A stretch of DNA of 64,000 bases from Candidatus Binatia bacterium (lineage in GTDB: Bacteria; Desulfobacterota; Binatia; Bin18), in the NCBI GenBank assembly GCA_963664395.2, contig OY761159.2:2592001-2656000 (forward strand). Direction: 5' to 3'. Of the stretch, positions 38,921 through 47,896 are shown in pieces. The notes under the pieces were generated by a model. That model searched no databases. It saw nothing but the letters and a program-made list of their open reading frames with translations, and was not told the DNA's origin. Within the stretch, counting starts at the first letter, position 1. Every line of letters starts with the position of its first letter. A program made the position numbers and the translations under genes.

Positions 38921-40144
38921 TTACCGATTCTCCTCGACCACTACCCCGGCCGCGCGCAGTTGTTCGACTTCTTCCACGGATCGTCCCAAATACGAAGTCA
39001 GCACCTCTTCGTTATGCTGTCCCAGCGTGGGCGCGTGGAGGGGGAGTTCGTCCGGGAACTCGGAAAACTTGAGCGGAAAACCGGGTACGTCGAGATCACC
39101 ATGGATTGGGTCGTTGATTGTTGTCACGGTGCCACGCTCTCGCAGATGCGGGTAGTCGAGCGTCTCAGCCACAGAGAGCACCGGAGCGACTGGAACGTGA
39201 AAACTCTCTAAGTGAGCAACTGCGCTCTCTACATCAGGAAACGTCTGCAGCCAGTCTTCTATCATTGTGGTGACTTCGTCTCGGCGTTTGAGCCGGGCTT
39301 GATCCGTACTGTACTGTGGATCGTCAATCAGCTCAGGCCGTTCGATTGCTTTGCAGAAATCCGGCCAGTGATGGAAAATGGCCATGATAACCAAGTAGCC
39401 ACCGTTGCCACGAAAGACACCTGAGGGGCAGGCATAAGTCATATGGCGGCCAACACGGGTTGGCTTAATGGCGCCTTCTGTGGCACGCGGGGTATGCACG
39501 TTGACCTCGTGGTAGTGGTAGTACACATCCAACAGCGCAACATCGAGATGTTGGCCCCGACCGGTATTGTCCCGGTGGCGTAAGGCCGCTAGGACGGCGA
39601 GTGCGCCATGTACCCCTGTGCTGACATCCCCCATACCGACCAGCGGGATGTAAGGTGCATCGTCCTCCTCTCCGATCATTGAGGTCACCCCGGAATATGC
39701 CTGAGCGATATAATCGTAGCCAGGCTTATGGGCTAAAGGGCCGGTCTGGCCAAGGGCAGAGATAGAGCACAGAATGATATCAGGCTTGAGCTCTTTGAGC
39801 TGCTCATAACTGAGACCCATATCTGCCATGACACCGGGCTTGAAATTCTCAACCACGATATCAACGTGCTGAATCAGCTCGGTCACAAGCGCCATGCCGC
39901 GCGGATCGCGCAGATTGACACACAGACTTTTCTTGCCTCGATTGTGCTGAACGTGGAACAAGCTGCGCTTGTTGCGAAACACGGAGAAATTCCGCCCAAG
40001 ATCGCCCTTGGGCGCAGACTCGACTTTGATGACATCGGCCCCCATCTCGGCCAGCATGCGGCTGCACGTTGGGCCGGCGAGAGCCCGGGTGAAATCGAGC
40101 ACCCGCAGTCCGCTGAGAACATGTTGTGTGCCTTGGGTCGTCAT
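38921..40144 (-). CDS. CaiB/BaiF family III CoA transferase
   Basis: RVLDFTRALAGP, GADVIKVE, NRGKKS, ENFKPG, GYD, GD, APTLGQH; GGAGG RBS before ATG 40144. Confidence 0.93.
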   Translation of the reverse strand: MTTQGTQHVLSGLRVLDFTRALAGPTCSRMLAEMGADVIKVESAPKGDLGRNFSVFRNKRSLFHVQHNRGKKSLCVNLRDPRGMALVTELIQHVDIVVENFKPGVMADMGLSYEQLKELKPDIILCSISALGQTGPLAHKPGYDYIAQAYSGVTSMIGEEDDAPYIPLVGMGDVSTGVHGALAVLAALRHRDNTGRGQHLDVALLDVYYHYHEVNVHTPRATEGAIKPTRVGRHMTYACPSGVFRGNGGYLVIMAIFHHWPDFCKAIERPELIDDPQYSTDQARLKRRDEVTTMIEDWLQTFPDVESAVAHLESFHVPVAPVLSVAETLDYPHLRERGTVTTINDPIHGDLDVPGFPLKFSEFPDELPLHAPTLGQHNEEVLTSYLGRSVEEVEQLRAAGVVVEENR

Positions 40145-40157
40145 AGCCACCTCCTTA

Positions 40158-41381
40158 CTACGAATTTTTCTCAAACAAGACGCCGGCGTCACGCAACTGC
40201 TGCACCTCTTCGGGCGACCGTTGCAGATACTCCGTCAGGATTTCTTTGTTGTGCTGTCCCAAGGTTGGTGCGGTGAGAGGTAAGTCGTCAGGAAAACGAG
40301 AAAAGCGGAGCGGCATGCCGGGGATATCAAACTCGCCGACAATGGGATCATTGATAGTGCGCACGGTGCCACGTTCGCGCAGGTGCGGGTGCTGCGTCGT
40401 TTCGGCCACCGACAAGACCGGCGCAACCGGGACTCCGAACTTCTCCATATGATCGACTGCGCTCTGCGCATCGGGAAAGGTTTCCTGCAACCAGTCTTCG
40501 ATAATCTTGACGACCTCATCCCGGTTTTCGAGTCGCAGCACATCGTTGCTATAGCGTTCGTGCTCGACCAACTCCGGTTTGTCCATGGCGGCGCACAGGT
40601 CCTTCCAGTGATGCAGAAAGGCCATGATGACGACCGAGCCGCTTTTGGCGCGAAAGACGCCCGCCGGACAGACATAGCTTAAATGCCGGCCAGCCCGGAT
40701 GGGACGTATTTTGCCCTCGGTGCCGCTGTACTGATGCACGTTGACCTCGTGGTAGTGGTAGTACACATCCAGCAGGCCGATATCGAGATGCTGACCCTCG
40801 CCAGTGCGATCGCGGTAGCGTAGGGCAGACACGACGGCGAGTGCGCCATGCACACCCGTGCTGACATCCCCCATCCCAACCCCGGGAAGATACGGGGCTT
40901 CGTCAGGGTCGCCGATCATGGATGTCACACCAGAGTAGGCTTGGGCAATATAGTCATAGCCCGGTTTACTGGACAGGGGGCCTTTTTGACCCAGGGCTGA
41001 AATAGAGCACAGGATAATATCCGGCTTGATTTTCTTGAGTTCCTCGTAACCCAGCCCCATTTGGGCGATCACGCCGGGCTTGAAATTCTCGACCACCACA
41101 TCCATCTGGGCCACCAGCTCCTTAATAATGGCCAGGGCTTTGGGGTCGCGGATATTCACGCATAAACTCTTCTTGCCGAGATTCTGCTGAATAAAATACA
41201 GACTCCGTTCCTTTTCAAAGACCGAGATGCCGCGCACCATATCGCCTCGGGGCGCGGACTCGACCTTAATCACATCGGCTCCCATCTCGGCCATCATCCG
41301 CGTACAACTCGGCCCGGCCAGGGCCCGGGTGAAATCCAGAACACGCAAATCGCTCAGAATATGTTCCATTCCGTGTGGCAT
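40158..41381 (-). CDS. CaiB/BaiF family III CoA transferase (tandem paralog)
   Basis: Same motifs; colinear with the neighbouring paralog. Confidence 0.93.
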   Translation of the reverse strand: MPHGMEHILSDLRVLDFTRALAGPSCTRMMAEMGADVIKVESAPRGDMVRGISVFEKERSLYFIQQNLGKKSLCVNIRDPKALAIIKELVAQMDVVVENFKPGVIAQMGLGYEELKKIKPDIILCSISALGQKGPLSSKPGYDYIAQAYSGVTSMIGDPDEAPYLPGVGMGDVSTGVHGALAVVSALRYRDRTGEGQHLDIGLLDVYYHYHEVNVHQYSGTEGKIRPIRAGRHLSYVCPAGVFRAKSGSVVIMAFLHHWKDLCAAMDKPELVEHERYSNDVLRLENRDEVVKIIEDWLQETFPDAQSAVDHMEKFGVPVAPVLSVAETTQHPHLRERGTVRTINDPIVGEFDIPGMPLRFSRFPDDLPLTAPTLGQHNKEILTEYLQRSPEEVQQLRDAGVLFEKNS

Positions 41382-41409
41382 TATGCTCCTCCGTTTCGTG
41401 TATTTGCTA

Positions 41410-42189
41410 TCAGTCCCACATCAGCCCGCCGTCGACGTTAAACGATTGGCCGGTGATATTGCGCGCCTCATCCGAGGCCAGGAAGACGGCCATATTAGCA
41501 ATATCATCCGGGCTATTGGAACGCTTGAGGGGAATCGAGGCATCGAGGCGGGATATCGCCTGTTCTTCGCTTATTCCCTCGCGCTCGGTGAGTTGCTTCA
41601 TAACGTTGGTGTACAAATCCGTGCGGGTGGCGCCGGGGCAGATGGCATTCACATTGATATTATGTTTGGCGAGCTGCGAGGCGCCGATACGGGTCATGGC
41701 GATAACGGCCCCCTTTGAGCCGGCATACGAGATATTCGACGTGCCCCGAAAGCCCTTGCCGGCGATGGACGCGATATTGATGATCTTGCCTTCTTTGCGT
41801 TTCGCCATCTCCCGCGCCACCGCCTGCATACAGAAAAAGACGCCCTTGGCGTTGACAGCATGAATCCAGTCCCAGTCTGCCTCGCTGACATCAAAAAACC
41901 CCAGGCTTTTTGTGACCCCGGCATTATTGACCAGAATATCAATCCGGCCAAAGGTTTCCATGGCGGTGGCGACCATAGCGTTGATGTCTTCCACCCGTCC
42001 CATATCTGTTTTGACAAACAGGCCGCGGCGGTCGTGGGCGCTCACCTCGGCCGCGGTTTGCCGGCCGGTGACCTCATTGATTTCCGCGCCAACAACGTGG
42101 GCGCCCTCTTTGGCACACCGCAGGGCAATGGCCTTGCCCATGCCGGTCCCGATCCCCGTCACGATGGCGATCTTCTCTTTGAGCAACAT
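41410..42189 (-). CDS. Short-chain dehydrogenase/reductase
   Basis: TGIGTGMG, NNAG, YAGSK, VNAICPG; start at MLLKEK with AAGGAGG RBS. Confidence 0.92.
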   Translation of the reverse strand: MLLKEKIAIVTGIGTGMGKAIALRCAKEGAHVVGAEINEVTGRQTAAEVSAHDRRGLFVKTDMGRVEDINAMVATAMETFGRIDILVNNAGVTKSLGFFDVSEADWDWIHAVNAKGVFFCMQAVAREMAKRKEGKIINIASIAGKGFRGTSNISYAGSKGAVIAMTRIGASQLAKHNINVNAICPGATRTDLYTNVMKQLTEREGISEEQAISRLDASIPLKRSNSPDDIANMAVFLASDEARNITGQSFNVDGGLMWD

Positions 42190-42248
42190 ACTGTCCCTCC
42201 TTCGCTTGCAGCGGAATCTTATCCACTGTGGGTGAGGCGACCACGCCC

Positions 42249-43289
42249 CTATGGGTGAAACTCCGGCATCACTTCCTTGGCAAACAGTTCCAAGCCCTGC
42301 CGCGCGCGCTGTGGGTCGCGGCCACCGGCGTGAAAATAGAAAGCCACCTGATCGAGACCAAACTCGTCGTCCAACTCGTGCAGCCGGCGGCGGCACTCGG
42401 CCGGGGTGCCGACCACCGCGCGTTCTTCCACGTCGTCCGGCATGGAAAGAATAAATTCGAGGTAGGTACGCATGGGGTCGTGGGCCGGGACTTGACTGAG
42501 AGCCCCACGCGGCACAAATGAGGTGATTAATCCGGTATAGGCGCGGGTGGTCTCGCGCGCGTCGCGCACGGCTTCCTGATGATCGTTATTGACGAACAGA
42601 AAGAAGATACACGTCGTCCGGGTTGGCCCATGTCCGTGTTCCTGCAAGGTGGCCCGGTAGTGCTGGAGTCGGGAGACGACCTCGGGATGGGGCGCGCTCA
42701 ACCAGGGGGCGATAAACGCATTGTCTCCGACCTTACCGGCTCCGTCAAACGATTCACGACTGAGGGTGCCACGATAGATCGGCGGGTGGGGTTGCTGGAC
42801 CGGCTTGGGGCCGACCGACAACGACGGCACCTGCCAAAAGCTGCCCTGATACTCAAAGGGGTCCTCAGTCCAGGCGCGTCGGATAATCTCCAGGGCCTCT
42901 TCATAGCGGGCCCGACTCTCGGCCTGATCGACACAAAATCCCTCAAAATGCTTGGGAACAATACCGCGTCCGGCCCCAAAGTTGAGCCGGCCGTTGCTCA
43001 GGATATCGAGCATGGCAAAGTCCTCGGCCTTCCTGAGCGGATTCTCAAACGGCAGCAGACTGATCGCCGTGCCCAGCCGGATACGCGAGGTCTCGCGCGC
43101 CACGGCGGTCAGAAACATTTGCGGACTGGGACAAATGCCAAACGCATAGAAGTGTTCCTCACCCAGCCAGATCGAGTCAAAGCCGAGTTCCTCGGCCAGG
43201 ATGCAGATATCAAGCGTATCCTGAAAATACCGCACCTCGTCCTGCTTGTCGCGGAAAAAATCGAAAAGAGAAAACAGACCAAATTCCAT
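42249..43289 (-). CDS. LLM-class flavin-dependent oxidoreductase
   Basis: WLGEEHF, NPLRKAEDFAMLD, GRLNFGAGRG. Confidence 0.92.
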   Translation of the reverse strand: MEFGLFSLFDFFRDKQDEVRYFQDTLDICILAEELGFDSIWLGEEHFYAFGICPSPQMFLTAVARETSRIRLGTAISLLPFENPLRKAEDFAMLDILSNGRLNFGAGRGIVPKHFEGFCVDQAESRARYEEALEIIRRAWTEDPFEYQGSFWQVPSLSVGPKPVQQPHPPIYRGTLSRESFDGAGKVGDNAFIAPWLSAPHPEVVSRLQHYRATLQEHGHGPTRTTCIFFLFVNNDHQEAVRDARETTRAYTGLITSFVPRGALSQVPAHDPMRTYLEFILSMPDDVEERAVVGTPAECRRRLHELDDEFGLDQVAFYFHAGGRDPQRARQGLELFAKEVMPEFHP

Positions 43290-43336
43290 GAGAAACTCCT
43301 TATGCGGGCCGGCCGGGGTGAGCTCGCGCCTCCGGT

Positions 43337-44383
43337 CTAAAGCGATGCGCGAAATTCCGGCATGACCTCATTGGCAAATAATTCCAGTCCATAGCGCGCC
43401 CGCTGGGGGTCGCGCGCCCCGGCGTGAAAATAAAAGGCGACCTGATCGAGACCAAACTCGTCGTCCAACTCGTGCAGCCGGCGGCGGCACTCGGCCGGGG
43501 TGCCGACCACCGCGCGTGCCTCAATCTGGTCGGGCATGGACCGGGCGAAGTCGATGAACTGTCTGACCGGCTCGGCGGTGTGCATCTTGCTGAGCAGTTC
43601 CGCGGGAATCATATTCGTGAACAGACCGGTGTAAGCGCGGGTCACGGCCTGTCCCTCGCGCAGCGCCACATTATGGTCCGGGTCTACGAACAGAAAGAAG
43701 ATGCAGGTGGTCCGTTTCTGACCATGCCCGTTTTCTTCGAGCAGCGTTCGGTAACGCTGGACTCGTTTCCGAACCGTTGGATGGGGTCCGGTGAGCCAGG
43801 GCACGATGAACGCATTATCGCCCACTACCCCTGCGCCTTCAAACGATTCTCTACTGATCGTTCCGCGATAGATGGGCGGGTGGGGCCGCTGGACGGGTTT
43901 GGGTCCGAGTGACAACGACGGCACCTGCCAAAATTTGCCCTGATACGCAAAGGGGTCCTCGGTCCAGGCGCGGCGGATGATTTCCAGCGACTCTTCATAG
44001 CGCGCCCGACTCTCGTCTAACGGCACCCGAAAGCCCTCGAAGTGTTTGGCAATAATGCCGCGCCCGACCCCAAAGTTGAGCCGACCGTTGCTCAGGATAT
44101 CGAGCATGGCAAAGTCTTCGGCCTTCCGCAGCGGATTCTCAAACGGCAGCAGACTGATCGCCGTGCCCAGCCGAATGCGTGAGGTCTCACGGGCGACTGC
44201 GGTCAGGAAAATCTGCGGACTCGGACAAATCCCAAAGGAATAGAAATGCTCCTCCCCGAACCAGACCGAGTCAAAGCCCAGCTCTTCGGCCAGAATGCTC
44301 AGGTCAAGCGTATCCTGAAAATACCGCACCTCGTCCTGTCGATCCCGGAAAAAGTCGAATAACGAGAATAAGCCGAATTCCAC
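43337..44383 (-). CDS. LLM-class flavin-dependent oxidoreductase (close tandem paralog)
   Basis: Near-identical N- and C-termini to 42249-43289. Confidence 0.92.
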   Translation of the reverse strand: MEFGLFSLFDFFRDRQDEVRYFQDTLDLSILAEELGFDSVWFGEEHFYSFGICPSPQIFLTAVARETSRIRLGTAISLLPFENPLRKAEDFAMLDILSNGRLNFGVGRGIIAKHFEGFRVPLDESRARYEESLEIIRRAWTEDPFAYQGKFWQVPSLSLGPKPVQRPHPPIYRGTISRESFEGAGVVGDNAFIVPWLTGPHPTVRKRVQRYRTLLEENGHGQKRTTCIFFLFVDPDHNVALREGQAVTRAYTGLFTNMIPAELLSKMHTAEPVRQFIDFARSMPDQIEARAVVGTPAECRRRLHELDDEFGLDQVAFYFHAGARDPQRARYGLELFANEVMPEFRASL

Positions 44384-44512
44384 GAATACCCTCCCTGAGT
44401 ACGTTTACTCTTCTTCTTTGCCCTTCACTGGCAAAGGAATGACACGTGACGCTGTACGCCTCGCACCAGCAATATACGCGGCTGCCTCATCTGCCAAGAG
44501 CAAAGCAGCGTA

Positions 44513-44573
44513 CGTCTCGGAGTTGACTTAACCGACGGGGTCCGGGATAGGCTGGGCGGCCCAAAAAGTTCTC
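44513..44573 (+). repeat. Promoter-like imperfect direct repeat, copy 1
   Basis: cgtctcggagttgacttaaccg (22 bp exact) followed by acggggtccgggataggctgggcggcccaaaaagttctc; TTGACT...TAGGCT. Confidence 0.85.
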
Positions 44574-44600
44574 CAGTGGAAAAGGAAGGGGTGGCGGTAT

Positions 44601-45374
44601 ATGCTTCCCAGGATGAGTCGGCAACTCAAATGGAAGCTGGCTGCGGCTGGCGCCCTGGTCTGGGCGCTCTCCCTGCCGCTGGCGCATGGGGCGGAACTCG
44701 ATACGCTGACCGACCGGATTGTCGGCGGCACCGCGCTGCTGCGCGCTCACCGGCCCAGCCTGAGCACCCGGGCGCTGCACGAGGCGGCGCTCCGCTTTCA
44801 ACAGTCTCGCCACTCCCGAACAGACAGGTTGCGCAGGCAGTATGCCGAGTTGACCGCCGCGTTCAGCAATGTCCGCGCGTCGTACGGATTTGCCCTGGAC
44901 CGTGAGGTGAAGTTCATCCTGGTCCACCTTCAACAAGATATTCGTGCGGTGGACGGAAGACTCGTGTCCACGTTTGATCCGTCTCCGTCTCCGTCTCCGT
45001 CTCCGTCTCCGTCTCCGTCTTCCTCCCAGGTGTACTCATATGGCTTCATTCGGGAGGAGACGTGTCTCGGCGGAAACGCAGCCGGTAAGCGACCCTGCCC
45101 CAATCAGACCAACGTGCTGACGTTCCGACTGCCGCGCGGCACGGCGCGTGTCACCAACTTGGTCGGAGAGTGGCGCGACTACGGACTCAAGGGGAAGCTG
45201 CTGGTCCATATCGACGGCGTCCGGGTGTGGCGGACCGACGTGAAGAAAAAATGGGACCGGGACAGAAAAATCCTCGACCACCCCGTTCCGTCCGGGGCAA
45301 CCGTCAGCCTGCGCAGCGAGAACGGCGACCCGGTCTGGATCCGTCGGTTCGAGGTCAAGTATGCCCGAGACTGA
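44601..45374 (+). CDS. Hypothetical secreted two-domain protein with a (Pro-Ser)7 linker
   Basis: Signal peptide ending LAHG-A, helical-looking N-domain, PS repeat, beta-rich C-domain with a Cys pair; AAGGA RBS. Confidence 0.7.
   Translation: MLPRMSRQLKWKLAAAGALVWALSLPLAHGAELDTLTDRIVGGTALLRAHRPSLSTRALHEAALRFQQSRHSRTDRLRRQYAELTAAFSNVRASYGFALDREVKFILVHLQQDIRAVDGRLVSTFDPSPSPSPSPSPSPSSSQVYSYGFIREETCLGGNAAGKRPCPNQTNVLTFRLPRGTARVTNLVGEWRDYGLKGKLLVHIDGVRVWRTDVKKKWDRDRKILDHPVPSGATVSLRSENGDPVWIRRFEVKYARD
44979..45020 (+). repeat. Perfect hexanucleotide tandem repeat (ccgtct)x7
   Basis: Counted directly; encodes PSPSPSPSPSPSPS. Confidence 0.95.
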
Positions 45375-45382
45375 ATCGGCCG

Positions 45383-45443
45383 CGTCTCGGAGTTGACTTA
45401 ACCGCCGGCGTCCAGGATAGTCTGGGGGCTCAGAAAATTCTCT
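45383..45443 (+). repeat. Promoter-like imperfect direct repeat, copy 2 (upstream of the GST gene)
   Basis: cgtctcggagttgacttaaccg followed by ccggcgtccaggatagtctgggggctcagaaaattctct; TTGACT...TAGTCT. Confidence 0.85.
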
Positions 45444-45459
45444 ACAGGAGGCGTTTGGT

Positions 45460-46104
45460 ATGAAGATGTATAGTTATCAGCTCAGTAATTTTGCCGGAAA
45501 GTGCCGGGTCGCGGCCTATGAAAAAGGGCTCAACATCGAGTTTGTTGACCCGCGCGAAAACCCAGGCCAAAAAGAGTACAAAAAAATCAATCCAACCGGA
45601 AAAGTCCCGGCCCTGGAAACCGACGACGGACAGCTCATTGCCGAGTCGGAAGTCATTAACGAGTATCTGGAAGATAAGTTTCCGGAGACTGCGCTGCTGC
45701 CGCGCGATGCGGAAGGACGCGCCGCTGTTCGTTCCATTACGCGCTATCACGATCTGTATCTTGATCCGCCGATGCGGGCGTGTTTCCCCAAGCTGTTCGG
45801 CCAAGATCTTGATGACAAGTTCATTGCAGACAAGATCGCCGAGTTGAATACCAATCTCGATCAGCTTGAAGCTTCGACTTCCGATGGGCCCTGGCTGGCC
45901 GGCGATAATTTTACCCTGGCTGATGCCGCCATCGCGCCGACTTTGTTCCTCATGGATAATCTGCTGCCGAACTTCGGCTCAAAGAAGCCGTTTGAGGGCC
46001 GGCCCAAACTGGCTGCCTGGTGGCAGCGCATCCAAGAGCGGGAGTCCACAAAGAAAGTGCTGGGCGAACAAGGGGCTGCCCTGGCAGCCATGATGAAAAA
46101 ATAG
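45460..46104 (+). CDS. Glutathione S-transferase family protein
   Basis: INPTGKVPAL, IAESEVINEYLED, WLAGDNFTLAD. Confidence 0.92.
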   Translation: MKMYSYQLSNFAGKCRVAAYEKGLNIEFVDPRENPGQKEYKKINPTGKVPALETDDGQLIAESEVINEYLEDKFPETALLPRDAEGRAAVRSITRYHDLYLDPPMRACFPKLFGQDLDDKFIADKIAELNTNLDQLEASTSDGPWLAGDNFTLADAAIAPTLFLMDNLLPNFGSKKPFEGRPKLAAWWQRIQERESTKKVLGEQGAALAAMMKK

Positions 46105-46149
46105 ATGAAGTCGTAAGAAGACCATCAGTCTGAGACTGAGCGGAAAAAC

Positions 46150-46179
46150 AAAAGGGCGGCGGTATGGCCGCCCTTTTTT
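46150..46179. terminator. Bidirectional rho-independent terminator
   Basis: aaaa-gggcggc-ggtatg-gccgccc-tttttt between convergent genes. Confidence 0.85.
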
Positions 46180-46185
46180 CGTGGG

Positions 46186-46839
46186 CTACGGTACTCTCTC
46201 CTTGGGCTCAGCAGGAGTCGGAGGAACAAGGCGATTGTACAGATTTTTCCAGCGCTCGACTTCTTCACTCAGGGTGTGTGTGACCTCGTCTCGGGTCTGC
46301 TGCAAGGTATCCAATAAATTTTCTACACTGTCTTCGAGTTGGCGTTTTTCTTCGGACTTCTCGGTCGTGTCCAAGGCTTTGTTCAACGTCTCTACGTGTT
46401 GGGTGAAGGTGTGGACCGCGCGTTCCATGGCCGCTAACTGCCGGCGCAGTTCCACTTCCACCTCAGACTCTGCCCCGCCGATGACACTACCCGGCGGGAG
46501 AGGGGCACTCTGAGGATCAAACACCACTAGGCGCAGCACTGGTCGAGCGGTGCCTGTTGGCTCCATTACAAAAAATGTCGCGCGTTCGCGGAGCCTGGTC
46601 CGGGCGTCTGAGACAAGTGTGATGACAATATGGGCCGGTGTCGTATGCGTATCCACCCGCACAACGTGGCCGATAGCCTGGCCCGCTTCTTCAACACGGT
46701 CTCCGGCTTGCATGCCTTTACTGGAACGGAATGCAACAATCCATGTTGGTGCTGTCGGTGCTGTTGGTGGAGTGGCCGAGACGGTCAGAAAAAGACACAG
46801 GGGGAGTCCCATACCAAGAGACCAAATGAGTGGGCGCAT
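46186..46839 (-). CDS. MlaD/MCE-domain protein
   Basis: Signal/TM; VAFRSSKGMQAGDRVEEAGQAIGHV; PLPPGSVIGG; coiled-coil tail. Confidence 0.7.
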   Translation of the reverse strand: MRPLIWSLGMGLPLCLFLTVSATPPTAPTAPTWIVAFRSSKGMQAGDRVEEAGQAIGHVVRVDTHTTPAHIVITLVSDARTRLRERATFFVMEPTGTARPVLRLVVFDPQSAPLPPGSVIGGAESEVEVELRRQLAAMERAVHTFTQHVETLNKALDTTEKSEEKRQLEDSVENLLDTLQQTRDEVTHTLSEEVERWKNLYNRLVPPTPAEPKERVP

Positions 46840-46972
46840 CGGTGTCCTCCGTCAAAATGAGCGGACAGTAGTAGACCTGCCTGCCAGGAGAGGACAAACA
46901 CGTCCCGGAGAGTTGCACAATACTCTGGTCGAAAAAAGCCGTGTTCTCGCCCAACCGGTCAGGAAAATATGC

Positions 46973-47335
46973 CTATCCGTCTGTACATTTCGGGTCGCAC
47001 TGGGCTGCTTGCCCGGCCGCGTCTTTTTCGCACGACTCGCTCGTCGCATAGGTGTTTTTTTGGTCCAGACACTCAAGAATTTTGTTGATCTGGACAGTCA
47101 TGCAGTTCCTGAAACACTCCGGTGCGCTTTCTCCACCCGCGGCTTCCAGGGAGTCGTTTACATAGGTTAAGAGCGCCCCAAAACGAGCCAGTACGTTCGT
47201 CGCACCTGTTTCAGCCGGTTTTGATGGTGTATACCCCTCTGGATAGCCATCCGCGGCTCCGGCAGGAGAAGCGGCTAAAACAGTTCCTAAACAGAGCCCC
47301 ACACACAGGGTGAGGAGGGTCTTCTTTATTGGCAT
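46973..47335 (-). CDS. Small secreted six-Cys protein (120 aa), paralog B
   Basis: Likely start MPIKKTLL at 47335 with a purine-rich RBS; signal peptide AGA-A; Cx3Cx10Cx12Cx10Cx3C; colinear with paralog A. Confidence 0.75.
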   Translation of the reverse strand: MPIKKTLLTLCVGLCLGTVLAASPAGAADGYPEGYTPSKPAETGATNVLARFGALLTYVNDSLEAAGGESAPECFRNCMTVQINKILECLDQKNTYATSESCEKDAAGQAAQCDPKCTDG

Positions 47336-47426
47336 ACTTTTCCTCTTCCTTCCTTTTTTTCCTTCAAACTCCATGAAAAAATCATAAAGAAGTTCTGTCG
47401 AGTAGCCGGGCGCTTTCCCCGTCCGG

Positions 47427-47798
47427 TTACGAACCTGAATCACTGCATTTCGGGTCGCAGGCCGCCATTTTTTGAGCCGCATTCTTTTCGCACGATTCGC
47501 TTGAGTCATAGGAATCATTGGCTTCGGCACAGGCCAGGACTTCATTCCACGGCGCGACCAGACAGCCTCGATAACATTCGGCTGATTTTTCTCCGCCGGC
47601 CGCATCAAGTTTATCTGTCATATAGGCGGTAACCGCAAAGACTCGGTCCAGACTCTTTCTCCGTCCACCTTCTGCCTGAGTGGATGGTGTATAGTCCTCC
47701 GGATAGCCTTCTTCGGCAAAGCCTTGAGAAGGACTCACAAGGGCCAGGCTCAAGATGATGCCGCTCACACATACTGGTCTATATAATCTTTGGTGCAT
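47427..47798 (-). CDS. Small secreted six-Cys protein (123 aa), paralog A
   Basis: AAGGAGG RBS; signal peptide GFA-E; GYPEDYTPS, AAGGE, SESCEK, CDPKC shared with paralog B. Confidence 0.8.
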   Translation of the reverse strand: MHQRLYRPVCVSGIILSLALVSPSQGFAEEGYPEDYTPSTQAEGGRRKSLDRVFAVTAYMTDKLDAAGGEKSAECYRGCLVAPWNEVLACAEANDSYDSSESCEKNAAQKMAACDPKCSDSGS

Positions 47799-47896
47799 AG
47801 CCTCTCCTCCTTATTGAGGGATCGAGTATTTCATACCTTCCTGGCTACGGTTGCGCAACTCCAAAGAGCAGACTAAGGACAAGGGAATGCCTGCCG

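Noticed and set aside
25847-46132. 13-bp match gaccatcagtctg near both GST genes (25847 and 46120)
   Set aside because: Short, upstream of one gene and downstream of the other; compatible with chance.
47336-47608. N-terminal extension of the 211-aa ORF 46973-47608
   Set aside because: Overlaps paralog A in another frame; homology and signal peptide place the start at 47335.
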